Assembly: GCF_006345805.1 (NCBI RefSeq)
Contig: NW_021825762.1
Span: forward strand, 1 to 14,645
DNA length: 14,645 bases
Source: Octopus sinensis
Lineage: Eukaryota
Direction of reading: 5' to 3'
Every line of letters starts with the position of its first letter. Position 1 is the first letter of the stretch. Positions 9,290 through 14,645 of the stretch are shown here, piece by piece. The notes beneath the pieces were generated by a model. That model was not told the origin of the DNA. It saw only the letters and a list, made by a program, of their open reading frames with translations, and did no database searches. The position numbers and the translations under genes are program-made.

Positions 9290-10048
9290 TGAAGTATGTG
9301 TGTGTGTGCGTGTATGTATATGTATCGTGTGTGTGTTTTGTTTGTATTGTGTGTGTGTGTACGTATGTGTGTGTCAGTGTGTGTATGCGTAGAGTTTGGG
9401 TGTGTGGTGAATAACTGTGATTTAATTAGAGTATGTGTGAGTGTGTGCTTGTACGTGCGTATGTGTGTATACATGTATGTATAATTGTGTGCGTGTATGT
9501 ATAATTGTGTGCCGTGTGTATGGGATGTATGTATGGGTTCATTTGTGTGTGTGTGTGTGTGTATGTGTGTGTGTGTATGTATGTGCGTGCGTGTTTCTGA
9601 TGTGCATGTACGTGTGCGTTTGTATGTGTGTGTGTGTGCGTATATGGGTGTATATACGTGTATCCGTGGGGTTGTGAGATTTGGGTATGTGAATTAATAT
9701 GCGTGTGTGCGTGCGTATGTGTGCACATCTTTTTGCGTGCGTGTGTGTGTGTGTCTGTGTGTATATACGTATGTGTATGTGTGTGTGCGCGTGTAGGCAT
9801 ATGTTGTGTGTATGTATATGTATCGGTGTGTATGTGAATTTGTGCATGCGTGTGCGTGCGTATGCTTGTGTGCGTGTGTGCGCTTAAGTGCGTGTATGTG
9901 CGAGTGTGTCTGTGCCCATTTGTGCATAAGTGCGTGCGTATCAGTATGCGTATTGTTTGTTGGAGGTAGATGAGGGCATCTGTGCTGGTGTGTGTGTATG
10001 TACGTGTGTATGTGTGTGTGTTGTGTGCGTATGATACATATATATATC
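9290..10048 (+). repeat. Long degenerate (TG/TA/CG) alternating purine-pyrimidine array
   Basis: Directly visible; includes a 20-bp duplication TGTATGTATAATTGTGTGCG at about 9474-9513. Confidence 0.95.
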
Positions 10049-10049
10049 T

Positions 10050-10355
10050 CCGTGTTCACCGTGACCGACCAGGCTATCAGTTGTTGCTATACATCGCTGG
10101 TCACAATGCGCTTCGCATTGTTTTCGCCTTCAAATGACGCCACCCCGCGGGCTAAGCGAGCAGGCCAACAGAAGAGAGGGAGAAAGTTGTAGCGAAAGAG
10201 TACAGCAGAGATCAACACAACCCACTCCCTGAGCCTCGTAGAGCTTTAGGTGTTTTTGCTCAAGAAACACTCACAACACCCAGTCTGTGAATCGAAATCG
10301 CGATCCTACAACCGTGACTCCGCTGCACTAACCACTGGGCCACAGCGCTTCCACA
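10050..10355 (-). mobile_element. Second tRNA-derived SINE family member
   Basis: A-box TGGCCCAGTGG (10332-10342) and B-box-like GATTTCGATTCAC (10287-10299). The GC-richer body and tail (...GCGCATTGTGACCAGCGATGTATAGC...GGTCGGTCACGG) differ from the 4790-5205 element. Confidence 0.7.
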
Positions 10356-10361
10356 CAAACA

Positions 10362-10592
10362 CACACACACACACACACCAAAGCCATGTCAGTAGATTTG
10401 GTAGATTGAGATTGAAAGAAAGGTGCTATACACACACACACACACACACAAGCACACACACATATACAAACACACACACACACACAAGCACACACACATA
10501 TACAAACACACACACACACAAACACACACCACACAAGCACCACACATATACAAACACACACACACACAAACACACACATACCACACACACAC

Positions 10593-10631
<39 letters not shown>

Positions 10632-10870
10632 CAAATATAGGTATGCACGTACGCTGAAGCATACACACCATAAATATCACAAATATTCGTATCTACTTAT
10701 ACGCATACCACACACACAAACGCACACATATGTGAGTGGACATACACTGTATAGTGTGATTGTTCGTGTACAATTGAGCACGTGTGTCTGTGTGCGTGCG
10801 TATGTGTGTGTGTTTGTGTTTATTTGTGCGTGTGTTTGTCCGTGTGTCTGTGTGTATGTATTTACATTCG
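10362..10870 (+). repeat. (CA)n with higher-order units, then (TA)n and mixed CA/TG tracts
   Basis: Directly visible; AAGCAC...CATATACAAAC recurs at 10450, 10486 and 10535. Confidence 0.95.
10381..10428 (+). mobile_element. Short fragment of the first SINE family's central region
   Basis: GCCATGTCAGTAGATTTGGTAGATTGAGATTGAAAGAA resembles the reverse complement of 5045-5092 and is followed by CA repeats, as in the full copy. Confidence 0.5.
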
Positions 10871-11304
10871 TTCTTACATATTGTCATATATAAAAACCAA
10901 CGTAAACTACAGTCAAACATTACGAAATTCACCGATCTACATTGGCAATCGCACGTTTTATTTTCAGTTGGAAAGAAAAGATTAAAAAAAACTCGCCTCA
11001 CTTCCGTTCCTGATGGAGAGAAATAGATAAATGTGTGTAAATATGTACGTATTCCTATGTGTGCGTGTGTGTGTGTGTTTATTTGTGTCTGTTTCTGTGC
11101 GTGTGTGTAAGTGTACATCTAGATATAATACTTAACACTAATATTGATAGGGCTAAACGTTGCAGGGACAGGGCATGGCCATGCTGGAACCCCACCATTA
11201 GATTTTTTTCATTACGCACTTATTTCCCTCTCCAGGATTATGTCTGGTGAAAGAGCGATTGGACAGGAGTACAATTCCACTCTTCTTTGTGTTTACTTGG
11301 GATG

Positions 11305-11366
11305 TGTGTATATGTATGTGTATATATATATATATATATTATATATATATATACATATATAGATAT

Positions 11367-11429
<63 letters not shown>

Positions 11430-11510
11430 AGTAGATAAATAGATTGATAGATAGATATGTATGTACATACATACGTAACTATATATGTGTGTATGTATGT
11501 ATGATACGTA

Positions 11511-11544
<34 letters not shown>

Positions 11545-11600
11545 GATGTATGTGTGTGTTTGTGTGTATAGCACACATAGTGTGTATGTATCTATGTTTT
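11305..11600 (+). repeat. (TA)n, (GATA)n (about 11368-11456) and (TG)n compound array
   Basis: Directly visible. Confidence 0.97.
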
Positions 11601-11624
11601 ATATATGTGTCTTTTATTGTCGCA

Positions 11625-11812
11625 CCACTATCGATTCTCAACTGATGTCGGTGTATTTACGTCCCGTAAATGTCGGTGTATTTACGTCGGCTAGAGATAC
11701 CTATAGAATGAGCAATAGGCTTACAAGAATAATTCCTGAAGTCGATTTGTCCTACTAACGCAGTGCTCTAGCATGCCGCAGACAAATGACTGAAACGGGT
11801 AAAAGAAATATT
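11625..11812 (+). mobile_element. Diverged 3' tail of the first SINE family, opposite orientation
   Basis: GATGTCGGTGTATTTACGTCCC...ATAGAAT...GGCTTACAAGAATAA...GTCGATTTG...CTAGCATGCCGCAGACAAATGACTGAAACGGGTAAAAGA aligns with the reverse complement of 4800-4965. Confidence 0.8.
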
Positions 11813-11819
11813 ATATACA

Positions 11820-12242
11820 AACACACACCACACAACACACATACACAACCCCCCAACATACATATTATATATATAGATATATATATAGAGAAAGATAGAC
11901 AGAGAGATACAGTGATAGATACACACGCATATATTTGTTTGTATATATATATCTATATTTTCACGCGCTAATATATTCATATATATGTATATTATATATA
12001 CATATATATGTATATTATATATACGAATATATGTATATGTATATATATGTATGTTTAGGTGTGTGCGCCTGTGTGTTCGTGTGTGATTACGGTGTGTGAT
12101 CTTATGGTGTGTGTGTGCTCCATAGGAACATATGTATATGGTTCATGCATACATCCATACATCCATCCATCCATCGGTACATACATACATCCACATATTA
12201 ATACATACATACGTAAATGCATACATACATACATGCATATAT
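11820..12242 (+). repeat. Mixed CA/TA/GA/TG/CATC/TACA low-complexity array
   Basis: Directly visible. Confidence 0.9.
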
Positions 12243-12288
12243 AAATACTTAAAGACATTCATATATTAACACAAAATCCATGACTTAC

Positions 12289-12432
12289 CGTTTTCGATTT
12301 CTCTTCCATTTTTCCTATTCTTGAATCTTGATGAAGAATCACGATCGTCAGAACGAGAAGAACCCCAAAAGCTATGAGAGAAGAAATGGAATAACGCTGC
12401 GAAATATTCCTGGACAGTTGTGCGAAATCCAT
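12289..12432 (-). CDS. Coding exon 1: start codon plus hydrophobic signal/type II anchor (48 aa)
   Basis: ATG at 12432 in strong context (agaATGG) with an in-frame TGA upstream. The 144 nt encode MDFAQLSRNISQRYSISSLIAFGVLLVLTIVILHQDSRIGKMEEKSKT and end at the perfect donor ACG|GTAAGT (12288), phase 0. Linkage to the downstream exons is inferred from phase compatibility. Confidence 0.75.
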
Positions 12433-12855
12433 TCTGGTGACAGTTGTCGGTCGTACGTGATACTTCGTGTGGCTTCAACAAAAGATCGAGATGCGAGGTT
12501 TAAGCTGAAGACCTGTAACTGAATTCCACGTATTTATTGAGCGCACAACAACCCAGCTCTGGCAGAGATCTTATCGTAAATTTATGAACCAATGCGATTG
12601 GTGGAACTGTAAAGCGGGTGTGAACTTGTCTGACAGGTTTAATTATTGGAAAGAGATGGTTTGATATTGTCACACAATAATTAGCAAATATTTTGATGAA
12701 TGAGAGACACGTGTAAAGTGAAATGATTCCTGTTTCTGATATATTATGATATATTTATTTACTAATGTTGTTAATTAATTTTATTTGTTATTATTGGGAC
12801 ACTGTTTTAATATATTCAAAGTTTTTGGTGGGAAGTATTTCGTTCAACCGACAAA

Positions 12856-13546
12856 TACACTGACCACATACAAACGCAACACACCTCTCATACACTCACA
12901 AATACACACACACTGATATCACACACATACACACACACTGACATACACACATACACACTGACACACACAACACACGCACACTGACATACACAACACACAC
13001 ACACAAACACACACACACTGACATACCACACACAAACACACACATGACAGAATCACACACTGACACCCTTAACACACACACTGACACAGACACACACCAC
13101 AAACCCCACACACACACAACACACATTGACAACACACATACCCACACATATACTGACACACACACTGACACACAACACACACACACAGACACACAGACAT
13201 ACACACACACAAACACACAACACACCACCCAGAAAACACACACATACACACACAAACACACACACACACACACACACTGACACACTACACACGCACACGC
13301 TGACATACATACACACACACACAATACACACACACTGACATACACACACACTGACAAACACACACACACACACTGAAATACACACACACACACACACACT
13401 GACACACACACACAAACACTCACACAATGGCTCACACACACTGACACACACATACAAACACATACACACAGACACACACACAGATACACACCCAGACACA
13501 CTGACACTCACACAAACTGACACACACACTCACACACACACACACA
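12856..13546 (+). repeat. ~690-bp (CA)n array punctuated by recurrent CACTGA
   Basis: Directly visible. Confidence 0.97.
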
Positions 13547-13705
13547 AATATGCGAGGGAATATGCAGGCTCGTACGAGCGACCGCAGTTACTGTTGGGGC
13601 ACAAGGTTGAAGTCAACTCCTCTAGCGAAGTAGTTATCAAAGAGAATACCGAAGGGAGGTAACTCACGACAGACTCCAGCCTGGCGCTCTAATGGCGTCA
13701 CTTAC

Positions 13706-13800
13706 TCGTTGTTGTTGACTATGTTTAAGTTAAAGCTATGGCTTTAAGTTTGTCCAGATATTCCCCTCTTCCGTATTTTCTTTTGGTAACGACAGAACTG
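13706..13800 (-). other. Candidate non-coding 5' UTR exon; only its 3' boundary is supported
   Basis: Perfect donor CGA|GTAAGT at 13705 and a matching acceptor ttacag|GTC at 12513 ahead of the ATG exon. The upstream boundary given here is arbitrary. Confidence 0.3.
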
Positions 13801-14099
13801 GCACCCGATAGGGAGCACCACTCGAATGATATGCTGTTTTTGCAGCTTTTTGCACTGAATTTGCGTTTAGAGTTTGAAATATGCCATTAGCACATTTTAA
13901 CGAACCTAAAAATTGCTTATGCCTAATACTGAGCGCTAATACTGTTCACTGGAAACGCCATGTTGAATGTTTCCATATATTCATTTGTCAATTTGCATTT
14001 CGTGCTTTCATATTACTTAATTATTATTCTTTTTCTCTAGCTTTTTCACAATCGAGCATTCTTATGGCACGCAATTAATCGGACAAAAAACGTGCTGCC

Positions 14100-14645
14100 A
14101 CCCACAGATCCCTCTTTCCACGGATACCTTCGTTTATCTGGCAGCCATTCTACAAACTCCCACATACAAGGAGTAATCATGCTGGGTATAGTGTGAAAGA
14201 CTCAACATGTTGCACTGATTCCACCTAATGTATATTTTATAAGTCGTCTTCCTTCCTTACTAGTACTAGTCGTTATGTTGGTTACAGTTATTGTATGCAT
14301 GTATCTCGAGCAAGTTCCTCTTCTGCGAGTTTGATAGTTTTATGTTACAGACGGAGATAATTTGTTGAACTCGATGTTTTGTGGTGTTGCTGTAGTTTCG
14401 TTGATGCTGTTCCTGAAGTGTACTCATATTTCTTGGTGGTTTCATATTTTATTTTGGCACATAAGATTTCAGGGAACGATGAGAGGCTGCGTGTGTAATG
14501 TGATGCGAGGCTGTATGTGTGTGATTTTTGTAGAATAGCGGGAATATGTGAATGTAGGTTGAAAATAGTTAATCGTGGGACGTGTACTTGTACCCTTGTC
14601 GAAAGTGTTTCGTGAAAACTTCAATGTGTTAGTAACCTGACAGTA
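14100..14645 (-). mobile_element. Decayed repeat, probably Penelope-like, running off the window end
   Basis: VPRLTIFNLHSHIPAILQKSH...FPEI and KPPRNMSTL resemble the PLE post-RT linker (VPLVLTYxP..I..IL.K...IFP...PxNL..L). YVG motif downstream. Shares sequence with 1140-1620. Confidence 0.45.

Larger units (their letters stand above)
2248..12432 (-). pseudogene. Five-exon short-chain collagen C4-like (spongin/collagen IV NC1-related) domain gene without collagen helix; disrupted in the last exon (pseudogene, truncated allele or sequence error)
   Basis: Manually spliced model: MDFAQLSRNISQRYSISSLIAFGVLLVLTIVILHQDSRIGKMEEKSKT|NRFISKKSLDDKLMTPK|EPNTHSDILRLISQFVDINVNNRLNRQTTNFLQ|PGPGSLYTRWGRTSCPPYSNLVYDG|VVGGQHFTHTGGGSNLLCLPNDP...HNHNVPCAVC...*MLPARTQCYPGWTAEYSGYL...NENGAVLYFVQAACGSLPCP(P)YVNGQELTCV(V)CSKY*. 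All introns are GT..AG with compatible phases. Motifs match the family pattern YxRWGRxxCP / GGGSNxLCLP / HNVPCAVC / GWxxEYxGYL / CGSLPCPPY / ELTCVVC, recognised from memory. Confidence 0.85.

Noticed and set aside
11215-11300. Strong plus-strand acceptor (tatttccctctccag| at 11235)
   Set aside because: No convincing donor or recognisable peptide follows; it is antisense to the gene and next to a SINE-tail fragment.
12517-12540. Initiator-like TCAGTT with nearby AATAAATA upstream of exon 1
   Set aside because: The AT-rich motif is only ~17 nt upstream, too close for a TATA box; the site is equally explained as a splice acceptor.
8-13529. The many His/Thr/Tyr/Ile- or Cys/Val-rich ORFs in the six-frame track
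   Set aside because: They are translations of (TACA)n, (CA/TG)n and (TA)n microsatellites, which lack stops in some frames; there is no splice or homology support.
1-14645. CRISPR array or prokaryotic operon-type system
   Set aside because: No repeat-spacer structure and no dense ORFs; the sequence is intron-rich eukaryotic DNA.

Overview
Eukaryotic, microsatellite-dense animal DNA (roughly a quarter simple repeats). From recalled SINE families and repeat style it is most likely an octopus or other coleoid cephalopod; this is an inference, not a database result. The core is a five-exon minus-strand gene that the ORF track misses. Coding exons are 12432-12289, 7923-7874, 4691-4594, 4406-4332 and 2745-2248, and their splice phases fit end to end (0, 2, 1, 1). 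The product would be a ~290-aa protein with an N-terminal signal/anchor, a short helical stalk and a cysteine-rich 'short-chain collagen C4-like' C-terminal domain, but no Gly-X-Y helix. Exons 1-4 and the first half of exon 5 are intact. The last ~255 bp carry one TAG and about six inferred 1-bp indels, so this is either a pseudogene/truncated allele or local sequencing error. The introns and flanks hold two tRNA-derived SINE families, two head-to-head RTE LINE fragments, an internally deleted Helitron with its 3' hairpin-CTAG end, several Penelope-like remnants with a minimal hammerhead-ribozyme motif, and long (CA/TG), (TA), (TACA) and (GATA) arrays. No CRISPR array, rRNA or true tRNA was seen. 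I did not find a clearly new biological system. The best leads are the collagen-less C4-like gene with its clustered lesions, the intronic hammerhead motif and the dsRNA-forming inverted repeats.
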